A DNA stretch of 64,000 nt, taken from NCBI GenBank assembly GCA_002104945.1, contig MCFH01000052.1:310001-374000 (forward strand), read 5' to 3'. The position numbers and the translations under genes are program-made. The notes under the pieces are model-generated. The model saw only the letters and a list, made by a program, of their open reading frames with translations, was not told the origin of the DNA and did no database searches. The DNA is from Piromyces finnis finn. Its lineage: Eukaryota > Fungi > Neocallimastigomycota. This document shows positions 10,612 through 24,653 of the stretch, in pieces (positions within the stretch are counted from its first letter, which is position 1; each line of letters begins with the position of its first letter).

Positions 10612-11717
10612 TGATGCGTTGACCGATATATTTTTGAATAATATATGTTTTTTAATAAATAATAAATTCTATATTATTATGATGAAACAATAAATTTAAA
10701 ATAAAATAAAATATATTTTATAATTAACAAATAAATCACTCAAAACTCGAAAATAAACTCTTATTATGTTTTAAATTAAATCTTTATTATATTTTATTAT
10801 CTATTTATTATCTATTTATTGTCTTTTTATTCTCTATTTATTGTCCCCTTTTTATGAAGAAGAATTTTATCTTCCTTTTATACATTTTCATTTATTACAT
10901 GTATTATTATTTTTAACTATTAAATATTATTATTACTATTGTTATTATTTATTAAAATTAAAAGAATAAATTAAAATTATGTCTTAGTATTATAAAATAT
11001 TATAGAATATTACTTATTTGATTTTCTTATTACTTCAAAATGTTTAAATTTAGAAAAATTATTATAAATTATCATTGACTATCATTAAATGTATAATACC
11101 TTGAATAAAATAATTAAAATTTAAAATTAAAATAAAATTAAAATAAAATTAAAATAAAATTAAAATAAAAATATAACAAAATTAAAATATTAAAAGTATC
11201 AATTATTATTAGCACACATTTTATACAGAAACATAAAAGAGTTCTGTATTTTATCTTTGGAATTGTTATTATTGTTCTATTTTCAGGTTTTAAGTTTATC
11301 ATTTTAGTAATAATTACTCAATTAGTTATTTATTAATTTATAAGTTTAAAAGAATTTCTAAAGAACACTTGGATAAACACTAGAATTAATAATTTAATGA
11401 ATACCATTTTATTTTTAGTTTATTTATTCATTTTTATTTATTTATTATTATTTTATTATTTTAGTACATTATTGGATTAAGTCGTTTTATTTATTTAATA
11501 ATTTATTTTATTATTATCACTATTAGGTCGTTTTTACTCAGAATTTATTATATAATAAAGAGAATATTATTTATTTAAGAAAGGGTTATATTTTCATAAA
11601 ATTATTATTCATTCATTTTTAAGTGTTATTATCGTTTATTTTTATTATAAGTTACTATTGGTTAAGTCGTGTTTATTCAGCTAGTTTTTATTATGTTTTT
11701 ATATGAGTAGCGTATCA
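10612..11717 (-). mobile_element. Family B solo LTR (diverged)
   Basis: TGATGCGTTGACC...GAGTAGCGTATCA, homologous to the LTRs of element B; no matching TSD found. Confidence 0.9.
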
Positions 11718-11721
11718 ATAA

Positions 11722-12346
11722 TGATGCAATGTATTTCAAAGACACCATAAATAAAGTATAATTGTGAACGTTAGCAATAGGGAATGATAGTTGAATAATA
11801 TATTAGATAATATTGTATTTATTTCTATTTTATAATAATAAGAATAAATGATAAAAATAATAAAATTTATAATAATATAATTAAATAGATTTTGGTTTAA
11901 AGTTTCTTTATTTAATTATTATTATTATTATGATTATAACATTAATAACATTCAATACTAGTAGAATCGAAAGTTATTGTTTAATAAATATAAATAGTTA
12001 AATATAAAATGTAAATATAAAAATATGTCGATAAAATTACTATTAATAATAAAATATAACTTTTCTGAAATAATAAAAATAAACAATAAATATTCTTTTC
12101 TTTTATAATTAATATTTTAAACTGAATTAAATATAATAAATACTAAATATGTAATTATTAACCTAAAACTACCTAAACTAGAACTATTAAAATAAAATGA
12201 AATAAAATAAAACTTATACTTAAAACTAAAATATCAAATATTATTTATGAATGAAAAGTTCACTCTCCTTTTATATCTTGTTCTTTTTATATCTTTTCAT
12301 TTCTTGTGTAATTAATTATTCTAATATATGTGTAGCATTTGCGTCA
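11722..12346. mobile_element. Putative solo LTR, family C
   Basis: Inverted termini TGATGCAATG...CATTTGCGTCA; starts 4 bp after the B solo LTR; single copy in the window, no TSD seen. Confidence 0.55.
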
Positions 12347-12474
12347 TAATAATTTATACTAATATAGTTTAATTATTATTAACACTAGTAATTGATATAC
12401 AATTTATAAAAGGATTAGATATTATTCATAAAATATTTAAAATATTATATTTTTCTATGCATCTTGTATCAATA

Positions 12475-13239
12475 TGTAATAATTATATTATATTTATTAT
12501 ATAATAATAATTATTAGCTTCAAATTAATAATATAAATTATTATTAAAATGTGAAAATAAAGGTAAAATTAGAAACTTAACTTAATGAGTTTATTATAAG
12601 AAATTATAATAAACAAACACCAAATGTATCAGAATTTTTTGTGTATTTAATAGTTTTTTAATATTTATTTTATTATTTATTATTTTGTATAAAGTTATTT
12701 ATTATAATTAATCTTATAATAATAACTCTTGATTTCTCAAATCGAACTCAAGAGTACTATTTATATGTTTTATTTTATTAAATTAAAATTTCTAAGAACA
12801 TTCTAATCTTAACAAAAATCTTTTTAGGAAAAGACTAGAAGAAAAACCTAAAAAGTTATTTGATTGATATTCTAATCATACTAATCATCGTAATATTAAG
12901 TAAAACCGTTGATAACGGGTAAAACCTTAATATCCGATTTCCTATTCCATACTAATATATAGTTGTATAATATTTTTAATGTAATTAGTATATGTTTTAC
13001 CTTTTATAATACAAGTGTATATAAATGAATGTATAAATACATAATTAAATAAATTAATCAACCTAATATAGTGAATGAATAATTATTAACTAAATAAATA
13101 TTTATAATATTTAACTTAACAAATAAATATAATAATAAATAAATATATTAATATAATTTAATGGATTAGTGATTATTAACTAAATAAATTATTTATAATA
13201 TTTAATACTAAGAACAAATAATAAGTATTTATTCTTACA
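12475..13239. mobile_element. Family D-related solo LTR with 5-bp TSD CAATA
   Basis: TGTAAT...TCTTACA termini; CAATA at 12470-12474 and 13240-13244; inverted, diverged homology to 38637-39577. Confidence 0.8.
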
Positions 13240-13244
13240 CAATA

Positions 13245-13824
13245 TGATACAATAGAAAATATTATCTTAATTCTATATTTTACTATAGAAAGTGATAATA
13301 TTTGTATCTAAAAAAATAAGAAAATAAAATAAAATAAATGATTTTTATACTTGTTCATTTGCAAGTATTAGTTAATGTTTAAAAATATAAAGTTTATTTA
13401 ATTATAAAATTATATCATTATTTAATAACTCTAGTATTATTAAATAAAAAAAATGTATGTTTTATATTCTAATTTTCAGGGATTATTAGTAACCCTTTTA
13501 AAAAGAAGTTTTATTATAAAATCATTTTTTGAATTTAATATTTAAAATTATATATCTAATTTTCCTGGATTATTAGGAACAATTTTAAAAAGAACATTTT
13601 CTATTACTATTTATACAAAATTATTATTTTAAAGTATAATTATAAACAAATATAAACTATTTAATTTAAAAAGAATTAAACAATTAAATAAACAAAAAGT
13701 TTACATTTATAATTTTTAATTTAATAATTTTATACATGTTAAATATTTTAATTTTTATCTGTATTTTAATTATTGTTATTATTATTATTATTAATTTATA
13801 ATTTATAAATTTAATTATTTATCA
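13245..13824 (-). mobile_element. Family A solo LTR (inverted) with 4-bp TSD AATA
   Basis: Reverse complement of the A LTR; AATA at 13241-13244 and 13825-13828. Confidence 0.88.
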
Positions 13825-13829
13825 AATAA

Positions 13830-14406
13830 TGATAACGGATTGGTAGTTATATTACAACTTTTCAACTACTTCTTCTGTTATCTTATATTGTTTTATCTCG
13901 ACAGTTATTGTACGAGCTTTAACAATATCTACTAGTTTTATTTAATATATTTAATTTATTTTATAATTTTAATAGTTTTATTATTTTAATAATATTTATA
14001 TAGAATAATAACACCAGATTTACTCTATAAAATATTATTTATTATTAACACAATAATCACACATCAGACAAGTTTAATTTCGTTTTTATATTTTCTTTTA
14101 TTTATTGTTTTTACACTCTCTTTAGCAATAATTTTTATTATATAAAAACTTATTTTTGTCTTTTAAATATTATTATGTATTAACTAATTAATTATATCAA
14201 CTATTATTAAAATTTAACTTATTATTAATAATCTAAGTCTTCTTATTTTCTATTAAAATTTATTATTATTCTTTATATTAAAAATTATTTTTTATAATTT
14301 AACCCAATCAAATATATAAATTTATAAAATATTTGATTTTATGTAAATTATATTTTTTATAATAAACTATATAAAATTATTTAATAATTATTTTTATAAT
14401 AAAATA
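13830..14406. mobile_element. Probable LTR fragment, family E (right end uncertain)
   Basis: Starts TGATAACGG 5 bp after the A solo LTR, within an end-to-end LTR stack; cut by an F LTR. Confidence 0.4.
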
Positions 14407-15434
14407 TGTAAAAGTTTTACTAAACTTATAATTTAATATTAAAATATTAAATTAAATAAAAGATTAAAGATAACTAGGTTAGAAAAAATGTTTTATTAAA
14501 ATAATCTTAATTGTTTTATAAATGAATAATTAAATTATGTATTATAGTTAAAATAATTTCTTTTTATTTTATTTAAAGAATATATATAATAATAAGATTA
14601 TTTAATAGTAATACTTATTAAGTATTAATAAGGTAATAATCTTTACAAAGATTTAATTCATAAAACTATTCTAAACTATTTATACTATTTGTAATTTTAC
14701 ATTTAATACTAAAATAACTTTTTAGTACATGATTATATTCATAATATATTTTATAATACTAAGGCTAAACTTAAGACTTACTACTAATTATTAAAAATAA
14801 CTATTGTTTATATATTTATAATATTAATTATTTCTTAATTATAATATAATTCATTGAATATAATATTAATAATTATAATCTTTTAATTCAAAGATTATAA
14901 GATATGTTATTGAAATAATTATTATAAAATAAAGTTAATTAATTCCGGAAAATAATTTTAATTTAATTAAAACAATAATTTATATCCTTTTGGGTGAATG
15001 ATTTATGTTCAATACATCAGGGGTGATCATTCTCTGAATAAACAATTAATCATTACTAACAAAATATCTTTAAATTGGAATATCTCGTGAACCAGCAGAG
15101 ATATTGACCTGATTTTAAGATATGATGTTTATCTCAAGTGTGGCTATCTAATGAACCCATAATCTCTCAACCATAATTTCCCAAAAATCACTATTCGTTA
15201 AAGAGATACGCATGTTTTTCCTTATTTAATTTTAACGATAAGGGTTAAAGTTATTTGTTATAAAATTATTAAGGGTTAAGGTCATATCTTAACCTTTTCT
15301 AAATTTTTTAAAAATTTCTTAATATAAATTTATAATTTATTTGAAAATAAAATATTATTGATTTTGAAATTTTATAAGTAATTTTACAATTTCAAGTGAT
15401 CTTGAAATTACAGATTCCACTAGTATTCGTGACA
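14407..15434. mobile_element. Family F solo LTR (1028 bp); flanks do not match
   Basis: Same termini as the other F copies; right flank is the last 55 bp of an X LTR, left flank is different, suggesting F-F recombination. Confidence 0.88.
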
Positions 15435-15489
15435 ATTAAAAATCAGGTATAATAATAATTTTATATTTATTAATTTCATTATTTAAAGA

Positions 15490-16336
<847 letters not shown>

Positions 16337-16340
16337 AAAA

Positions 16341-17155
16341 TAATATAATTTGATAATAATCTAAATTTTGATGTAAAATTCAAAATTTAGATTATTATAT
16401 TATATCTTTTGTTATAACTATATAAGTTATATTGATTAAGATTTAAAATCGTTTTTATAAAAATTAATAAAATTGTTTTGTTAAAACACTAAATTGTTTT
16501 ATTAGAAAAACTTGTTTTTCTAATATTTAAATATTTAAAATTTTAGTTATTAAATTATTAAAATGATTATTAAAATTATAAAAATATTAACTAACTATAT
16601 AATATTTTCTTTATTAATAATAATAATAATAATAATTAAAATAAGAATATTTACATGTATTTATATTTTCTTTTGAATTTAAACTATTTACATTAAAACA
16701 ATAAAATTAATAACTATTTACAATAAAAGTAATAAAAGTAATTAGAAATAACAATAAAAGAAATAATTAAAAGTTAAAGAATATAAAAAGTTGTTTATTT
16801 TACAATTAATTAAAGTAATAATTATTTTTAATGTTTTAATAAAGGTGTTTAATTATATTATTTTATAACATGAATTATTATATTTGTTTACTTTTAAAGT
16901 GTAATTTACTAACGAAGTTATTAAATATTTAATTTAACAATTAATTTAACAAAAGTTATATATTTTGATCTCGATTAATTAAAGTTTATTATTTTCTTTC
17001 AATAATCAAAATATATGCAGTGTTTAGGATTAATTTCATTTTAGAATTTTAGTAGAGTACTTAATTAAACTATAACTTATTTTAAGTTACTTTTAGGGTT
17101 AACTTAAAAATCAGGTTTAATAATAATTTTATATTTATTAATTTCATTATTTATC
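16341..17155 (-). mobile_element. Family X solo LTR
   Basis: Homologous to 24672-25480 and 37834-38634; orientation taken from the PBS at 24654. Confidence 0.85.
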
Positions 17156-17285
17156 TGATACGTTATAAAATAAAATATCATAATATTATTATTTATTTTG
17201 AGGTTGTGGTAATAAGGAATATTGCTGAAATAATATATTCCAGTTATTAATAATTATGTGATATAGTTATTATGTATTTATTTAC

Positions 17286-17339
<54 letters not shown>

Positions 17340-19289
17340 AACAAAATAAGCCTTTTATTATTATTAAATATTTATCTTTATTAAAATATATTATAATTAG
17401 TATTTTTACATTTATTTATTATTAATAATACATATTTAAAATAACTATATTTCCTATATAAATATACTACTTATTCACTATTAATATTACTAAACTACTA
17501 CTAAATTTCTCATTTTATTATATCTTATTATCTTTGGAACTTAATTACAAAATCAAGAACATCATTTTAATTATTTAATTATTAATTATATTTATATTAG
17601 TACATATTAAATATTTTTTTTTAATTAATTTCATATTAATTAATTTCATTATTAATTAAAGTTATTATTAATTTATTATTATCTTAACCCTTATATGAAT
17701 TAACCTGGAATTTCTACCAAAAGTAGTATTTTCTGTTCGTCACGTATCAAGATGCCCCCACTTTAGATGAGACTTCGTCCCTTGAAGTCAACAAAGGATT
17801 AATAAAATTATAGGTTTTTATATTGTTCTTATACTAAATATATAATAAATAAAAATAAAATTTATATTTCAAGTATTTATCGTTTTCTTTTTCTCTTATA
17901 CCTATAGTTCCTTTCTAACATTTTGGTATCCTTTCTATTATTTCCATAATTAAATGAAAATTTTTCTTTTATGTTACTTTGCATTGTATCTATTTCTGTT
18001 TTATTATATTTATGATTAACTATTAATAATTGACAATGATTCTTTAAAGTATCTCTAATATAATTATTTTTATAAATATTATTTTCATCATTGGTATTTT
18101 TATCTTCAATATCAACTCCATTAATTATGCTTTCTAAACGTTTTTTAATCTTTTTATTACGTAAACATTTATAATCTTCTAATATTTTATTATTAAGTAT
18201 TTTATCTTGAAGTTTTAGAATTTTATCTTCATCACAATCACTTAGGTTTATTGAATTTAATAAATTATTATTACATTCCATGTCCTCATATTTATTATTA
18301 AAATTTTCATTACATGTATCAGCTTCATTTTCATCTTCTATTATATTTTCTCTTTCATTATTTACATTTGATAAATCCATATTTTTTTCACAATCATCAT
18401 TACTATTAATATTAATATCATTAATTCTTGGATTTAAAGTTGTCATATTAATATTCATAATTGAACCAAAAGAATAATTTAATTCATTATTAAATACATT
18501 ATATTCCTCAACTTTTGAAGCTAACTCTGCAACTTTAAAAGCTTCTTCAATAGTTTTACAATCATTTAATAGAACATTTGAATAAATATATGGTCTACTT
18601 TTTAGCATTTCAACATAATTATTAACATTAAAAAGTTTTTTATAATTTTCATCTAATAAATTATATTTTATTCTTACGCGATAATTAAATAGCTTTATTC
18701 TTTCATTATTTTTTATTTTCAATGATAATAAAATATTGAATTTATCATTTTGTGTTATATTTAAATATTCTTCAATTATTTTTTGTATATCATCAAAGGT
18801 TGGATATTTTCCATAATTAAATTTATATTCTTCGAGTATATATTTTACATCTTCATTAACACATTCCTTTATAAAAGTAAATATTCGCCTTGGACTAATT
18901 ATTTCATACATTTCCATAATTTCACTAAATTCTTGGATCCAATTATCAATATCCTTTCCAAAGTCATCCAACAATGGAAGCATGTTTATTATTTCAAACG
19001 GATCCATTTTCTTTTTCTTTTCTTTTCTCTTTTTTTTATATCTATATATATATTATAATATTTATTATTATGTTTTCCTATCTTTATAAATCTCATATTA
19101 TTATAACTGTTTTCATATTACTTCAGTATTACCACGCCCGGATTCTCCACCAAATTTTATGATACGTTATAAAATAAAATATCATAATATTATTATTTAT
19201 TTTGAGGTTGTGGTAATAAGGAATATTGCTGAAATAATATATTCCAGTTATTAATAATTATGTGATATAGTTATTATGTATTTATTTAC

Positions 19290-19346
<57 letters not shown>

Positions 19347-19756
19347 AACAAAATAAGCCTTTTATTATTATTAAATATTTATCTTTATTAAAATATATTA
19401 TAATTAGTATTTTTACATTTATTTATTATTAATAATACATATTTAAAATAACTATATTTCCTATATAAATATACTACTTATTCACTATTAATATTACTAA
19501 ACTACTACTAAATTTCTCATTTTATTATATCTTATTATCTTTGGAACTTAATTACAAAATCAAGAACATCATTTTAATTATTTAATTATTAATTATATTT
19601 ATATTAGTACATATTAAATATTTTTTTTTAATTAATTTCATATTAATTAATTTCATTATTAATTAAAGTTATTATTAATTTATTATTATCTTAACCCTTA
19701 TATGAATTAACCTGGAATTTCTACCAAAAGTAGTATTTTCTGTTCGTCACGTATCA
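17156..19756 (-). mobile_element. Gag-only non-autonomous LTR element G (2.6 kb)
   Basis: LTRs 17156-17749 and 19160-19756, differing by one TTA unit; 4-bp TSD TATC; tRNA-Ala PBS at 19134-19152; hairpin and PPT at about 17755-17789; no pol. Confidence 0.93.
17877..19007 (-). CDS. Gag-like protein, 376 aa (no zinc knuckle; Asn-rich C-terminal half)
   Basis: N-terminal 170 aa aligns by eye with the Gag of B (LP..D.DI..W..EFS..M...I..P.KIF...KECV; ILLSLKIK..E.IK.FN.RY). Confidence 0.85.
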   Translation of the reverse strand: MDPFEIINMLPLLDDFGKDIDNWIQEFSEIMEMYEIISPRRIFTFIKECVNEDVKYILEEYKFNYGKYPTFDDIQKIIEEYLNITQNDKFNILLSLKIKNNERIKLFNYRVRIKYNLLDENYKKLFNVNNYVEMLKSRPYIYSNVLLNDCKTIEEAFKVAELASKVEEYNVFNNELNYSFGSIMNINMTTLNPRINDININSNDDCEKNMDLSNVNNERENIIEDENEADTCNENFNNKYEDMECNNNLLNSINLSDCDEDKILKLQDKILNNKILEDYKCLRNKKIKKRLESIINGVDIEDKNTNDENNIYKNNYIRDTLKNHCQLLIVNHKYNKTEIDTMQSNIKEKFSFNYGNNRKDTKMLERNYRYKRKRKR

Positions 19757-19882
19757 TATCTGTTACGGTTCGAGGAATTTACTTTTATTTATAAAATATT
19801 AATAAATTTATTAATACTCAGAAATAATATTAAAATGAAATAAGAAAAATTGTTTTATTAAGATATTAATATAAAATTATAA

Positions 19883-19913
<31 letters not shown>

Positions 19914-20041
19914 TATTTGTATATTCTCTAATTCTTATAATATACACCTTTTTATACTTTTTGTAAAAAGTTAAGTAGTGTTAATTAAAAGAATTAGTCT
20001 TTAATTATTTACATTAATTTTAGTATTTAAATTACTTTTAA

Positions 20042-21367
20042 ATGAGTGACGCAGGCTCTGAGGCGAGTTCCATGATGGATATTGAGGATGAGACTGGTAA
20101 AAGCGTTAACACCAGGGGAAAACTCATCCCAAAACCTCCAAGTTTTTCAGGAAAAAGAAGTGAACTTCTTTATTTCCTGGCAAGACTGGAGAAATATTTC
20201 AAGTATAACTTAGAAGAAGATGCTACCGACGCCTACAAGCTGGATATCTTGGGATGCTACCTGGAAGGAACCGCCGCCGAATGGTTTGCCGACTTAGAAC
20301 GAGAAGAAAGCCCCCTGTTGAACTCTTACGAAGATTTTATTGAGGCAATAAAGGCTCGCTACAAGACTTGCAACAGCGCCGACGTAGCTAACAGTCGGTT
20401 GGTGAAGATAAAAGCAGGACAATTCAGAAACGTAATGGACTACTGTAAAGCTTTTGAGAAGATGGCCAGGGATTCGTCATTTAATGATGAAGCTAAGATC
20501 TACTTCTTTATGGAAGGACTACCAACATCCGTCAAGGACAAAGCAAGGCTACTATATCCAAAAATTAGAAAACTTACCGAATTGATCAATGTGGTTGCCG
20601 CTAATGCCGAAGTTGAATGGAAGATTTATGGAAAAGATCCCATGGAGGTTGACGGAAAGAAAGTTAGAAGATATAATAGACACTTAGGAACTAACAGATA
20701 TGCTTCTTATGGAACCAAGTATAATAACTATGTGGATCAAGAAGACTACCAAAATTCGACCAAACCAAGAAAATGCTTTTTCTGCAAAAGGACTGGACAC
20801 TTGAAGAAAGATTGTCCTCAACTTAAGGACAAAATAATAAATCGACCAAAAGCATTTATGGCTACTACCGCTGGAAGAATGTTAAATGTTTACGATATTC
20901 TGTTACAAGTTAATAGTGGTGTGTATCTTAAGGCTCTTGTGGATTCTGGCTCGGACTTGGACTTTTTGGATTGGAAGGCTGTTGATAAGTACAAGATTTC
21001 ATTCCAAAGAATGTTTAAGGATAAGTATGTGGAAGGCATAGGTGGTAATGGATTCTTGAAGTATGAAACAATTCCTTTGATCATGAATATCAAGAATCAT
21101 AAGGAATCCATTCAATTCTACCTTACCGATCTTCCTTCTGGTATTTCTGATATTTTGGGCAAGAATTGGTTAAGAAAACATGATCCTACAATTAGCTTTA
21201 AGGATCAAACTCTAGAATTTAAGTCCAAATTCTGTTCTTTAAATTGCTGTGCTACTCCAGGAGAAATGGAAAAAAGAAGCAAAGAAGAAGAATTGTCCAA
21301 GGAAGAAGAAAGAAGAAAAGAAAAGGAACTTGTACAAGAAATATTCAGCAACTATAAAAATAGTTAA
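20042..21367 (+). CDS. Gag-protease polyprotein, 441 aa
   Basis: PPSFSG...FLARLEKYF and A.EWF Gag motifs; CFFCKRTGHLKKDC zinc knuckle; ALVDSGS protease; ILGKNWL; no RT. Confidence 0.9.
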   Translation: MSDAGSEASSMMDIEDETGKSVNTRGKLIPKPPSFSGKRSELLYFLARLEKYFKYNLEEDATDAYKLDILGCYLEGTAAEWFADLEREESPLLNSYEDFIEAIKARYKTCNSADVANSRLVKIKAGQFRNVMDYCKAFEKMARDSSFNDEAKIYFFMEGLPTSVKDKARLLYPKIRKLTELINVVAANAEVEWKIYGKDPMEVDGKKVRRYNRHLGTNRYASYGTKYNNYVDQEDYQNSTKPRKCFFCKRTGHLKKDCPQLKDKIINRPKAFMATTAGRMLNVYDILLQVNSGVYLKALVDSGSDLDFLDWKAVDKYKISFQRMFKDKYVEGIGGNGFLKYETIPLIMNIKNHKESIQFYLTDLPSGISDILGKNWLRKHDPTISFKDQTLEFKSKFCSLNCCATPGEMEKRSKEEELSKEEERRKEKELVQEIFSNYKNS

Positions 21368-22239
21368 AAAAATAGAGATAGTGTGTAAAAGTTTTATAAA
21401 TGTAAAACAGATTATAAAATTTTTTACAATAAAACAACAACACAAAATAAAGAAAAAACAAGAAAATAAATTATATTTAAAAAAATATCTCTTTTATTAA
21501 TTTTATTTAGTTATTAACTAAATAATAGTCAATAACAATTACATCGTTTTAATCAAGAAATTTTACATGTATTTATATTTTTTTGTAAATTATATTTTAA
21601 TATACTATTCTATTTAATTATACATATATTCAATATAAAATAAACAAAACTAATTTAATACTAATTTAATTAAATAATAAAATAATAAAACTAAACTAAA
21701 ACTAATTAAATACACTTTTGATTCAATTTGAGTAAACTGCAAATTGAATACAGTCCATGTATTACCTATATATTAATTAAATATTAATAATACTATTTAT
21801 TATATATTTATAATTAAAAATACTAATTTAAAACTACGCTAAAGTTATTAAACTAATTTTAATTAAATAAAAACTTTTTAAGATTTAATTTGAATATTTA
21901 AAATATTTAAATTTAATTATCCATTAATTTAAATATTTATCCAAATTTCATTTCTAACTTTGATATTTTAAAATTAATATTTATTTAATTATTCCATAAA
22001 ATTTATACAATAAATTTTATAAACAATTTTTTCATTAAAATATCAAAATTATTATTCAATAATTATTAATTAATTATTAAATAATTTAAAGATATACTTT
22101 ATATCTTTACATAGTGAAATTAAAAATAAAGAAAATAGAAAAATTATAGATAAAACTAAAAGTACATGTATTAAAAAGAAATGTAATAAAAACTTAAAAT
22201 TAAATAAAAGGAATGTTCAAAAGTATATTGTATGTAACA
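20042..22239 (+). mobile_element. Element Q: Gag-protease-only LTR element lacking its 5' LTR
   Basis: ORF followed after 16 bp (purine-rich AAAAATAGAGATAGTG) by TGTAAAAG...TGTAACA (21384-22239), after which the H LTR resumes. Confidence 0.72.
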
Positions 22240-22603
22240 ATAAAGTTACATTACTATTATAATAAATATTTATACATATTATTAAATTGATTAACATACA
22301 TTAAAAGTTTACTTTAAATATATTTAACTAAAGAATTTTACTATTTTACAGAAATATTATTCATAATTTTAATTAATAAAAATTCATTAACTTGATAAAT
22401 TAAACTAAAAGTTCAATAAACTATAATTTTCAATATATTATTATTACTAAATTAATTTTTAAGTTTAATAAAATAAAATTTAAGTTCAATAAAAATAATT
22501 ATTAATAATTTTAAATATAATTTAAGTGTATACATTAATTTACAAATAAGAATATTGTAAAGTTTTCATACATTTAGGAACAATAATGAATGGATTAGGT
22601 CAT

Positions 22604-23732
22604 TGTAAAAGTTTTACTAAACTTATAATTTAATATTAAAATATTAAATTAAATAAAAGGTTAAAAGATAACTAGGTTAGAAAAAAAAATGTTTTATTAA
22701 AATAATCTTAATTGATTTATAAATGAATAATTAAATTATATATTATGGTTAAAATAATTTCTTTTATTTTATTTAATGATATATTGCTAAAATATATAAT
22801 AATAAGATTATTTAGTAGTAATACTCATTAAGTATTAATTATTATTAATAGTTAATAATTTATAGTTAATAATCTTTAGTTAATAATTTATAGTTAATAA
22901 TTTAATAATTTATGGTTAATAATTTTTGGTTAATAATCTTTACAAAGATTTTAATTTCATAACTATTCTAAACTATTTATACTATTTGTAATTTTACATT
23001 TAATAATAAAATAACTTTTCAATACATGATTATATTCATAATATATTTTATAATACTTAAACTAAACTTAAGACTTATTCCTAATTATTAAAAAATAACT
23101 ATTGTTTATAATATTCATAATATTAATTATTTCTTAATTATGATATAATTCATTGAATATAATATTAATAATTATAATCCTCTAGTTCAAAGATTATAAA
23201 TTATGTTATTGAAATAATTATTATAAAATAAAGTTAATTAGTTCCGGAAAATAATTTTAATTTAATTAAACAATAATTTTTATACTTTGAGTGAATGATT
23301 TATGTTTGATATATCAGGGGTGATCATTCTCTGAATAAACAATTAATCATTGCTAACAAAATATCTTTAAATTGGAATATCTCGTGAACCAGCAGAGATA
23401 TTGACCTGATTTTAAGATATGTTGTTTGTCTCGAGCGTGGCTTTCTAACGAATGTAATTATAACCAAAATATTTTTATTCAAAAATCGTCATTCGTTGAG
23501 GAGATACGCGTGTTTTTCCTTATTCCATTTTAACGATAAGGGTTAAAGTTATTTATTATAAAAATTATTAAGGGTTAAGGTCATATTTTAACCTTTCCTA
23601 AATTTTTAAATATTTCTTAATAAAATTTTATAATTTATTTGAAAATAAAATATTTGTTGATTTTGAATTTTCATAAGTGATTTCACAATTCCAAGTGATC
23701 TTGAAATTGTAATTTCACTAGTATTCGTGACA
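22604..23732. mobile_element. Family F solo LTR (1129 bp) with 5-bp TSD GTCAT, 67 bp upstream of tRNA-Cys
   Basis: GTCAT at 22599-22603 and 23733-23737; the empty site is present in the H copy near 60175. Confidence 0.94.
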
Positions 23733-23799
23733 GTCATAATCATTAATTATGACAAGAATAACATTATTTGTTGGTTCCTTAACAAATATCAAAAAAAAA

Positions 23800-23871
23800 G
23801 GGGTGTTAGCTCAGCGGTAGAGCAATTGACTGCAGATCAATAGGTCTTCGGTTCAAATCCGGAACGCCCCT
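23800..23871 (+). tRNA. tRNA-Cys(GCA)
   Basis: Acceptor GGGGTGT/ACGCCCC; anticodon arm ATTGA-CTGCAGA-TCAAT; GGTTCAAAT T-loop. Confidence 0.97.
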
Positions 23872-24653
23872 ATTTCTGACAATGAAATAATATCTATGTA
23901 ATTACTTCTGTTCCTTTGGAGTATAACGTATATAATAATGTACGAAAATGCATAGTATGAGTCTTTTTAATATTATTTTACAATTTAATATTAATTCATT
24001 TTGGCATAATTGAAATTATAATCTAAGTCGAAAAATGTGTGAAATTTAAATTATATTTATATAAAAAGTAAAATTATATATTAATGAGTTTCACTCCAAC
24101 TACAACTATTATTATTGTTATTGTTATGTAACATGTAATGATTATAATTTATTAACAAAATATTATTTTTTTATGTAACTATATGTGAATATATGAATGA
24201 GTAGTTATATTATAATTATTTTTATAGTTATGAGCTTTGATTTCTTAAAGAAAAGTAAAATCTCTTATTTATGATTAATTAAAACTAATTTATTCAATGA
24301 TTTTAATTATGTAATTTAAGTAAAGAATAATCATTTTAAATTATTTTTATTTTTCTTTTTAAATTAAGTAAATAAAGACGGTTTATACTGATATAAAATA
24401 TATAACCATAATATAATTAATAATCTCTTAAATTATTAAATATATAATTTATTTATTTTATTTTAATATTATTTTATTATATAATAAGTTATAATTTTTA
24501 AATAGATAAAATATTGAGAATATCTAACTATTCTATTAACTATCTATTCTATACTATTATAACTTGATTATTTAATTAATTTCATAGAATATTTCACTAT
24601 TCTTTATGAAATTTTTATATAAAGAAAATTTTATATTTACCTTATTTTGATTC

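Larger units (their letters stand above)
19761..23784 (-). mobile_element. Family H solo LTR split by elements Q and F; ends 15 bp upstream of tRNA-Cys
   Basis: 19761-20045, 22240-22603 and 23738-23784 join to match the uninterrupted H LTR at 60127-60837 (inverted). Confidence 0.92.

Noticed and set aside
19761-23871. Segmental duplication of H LTR plus tRNA-Cys with 60040-60837
   Set aside because: The 15-bp spacers and tRNA downstream flanks differ; similarity is limited to the LTR and the tRNA body.
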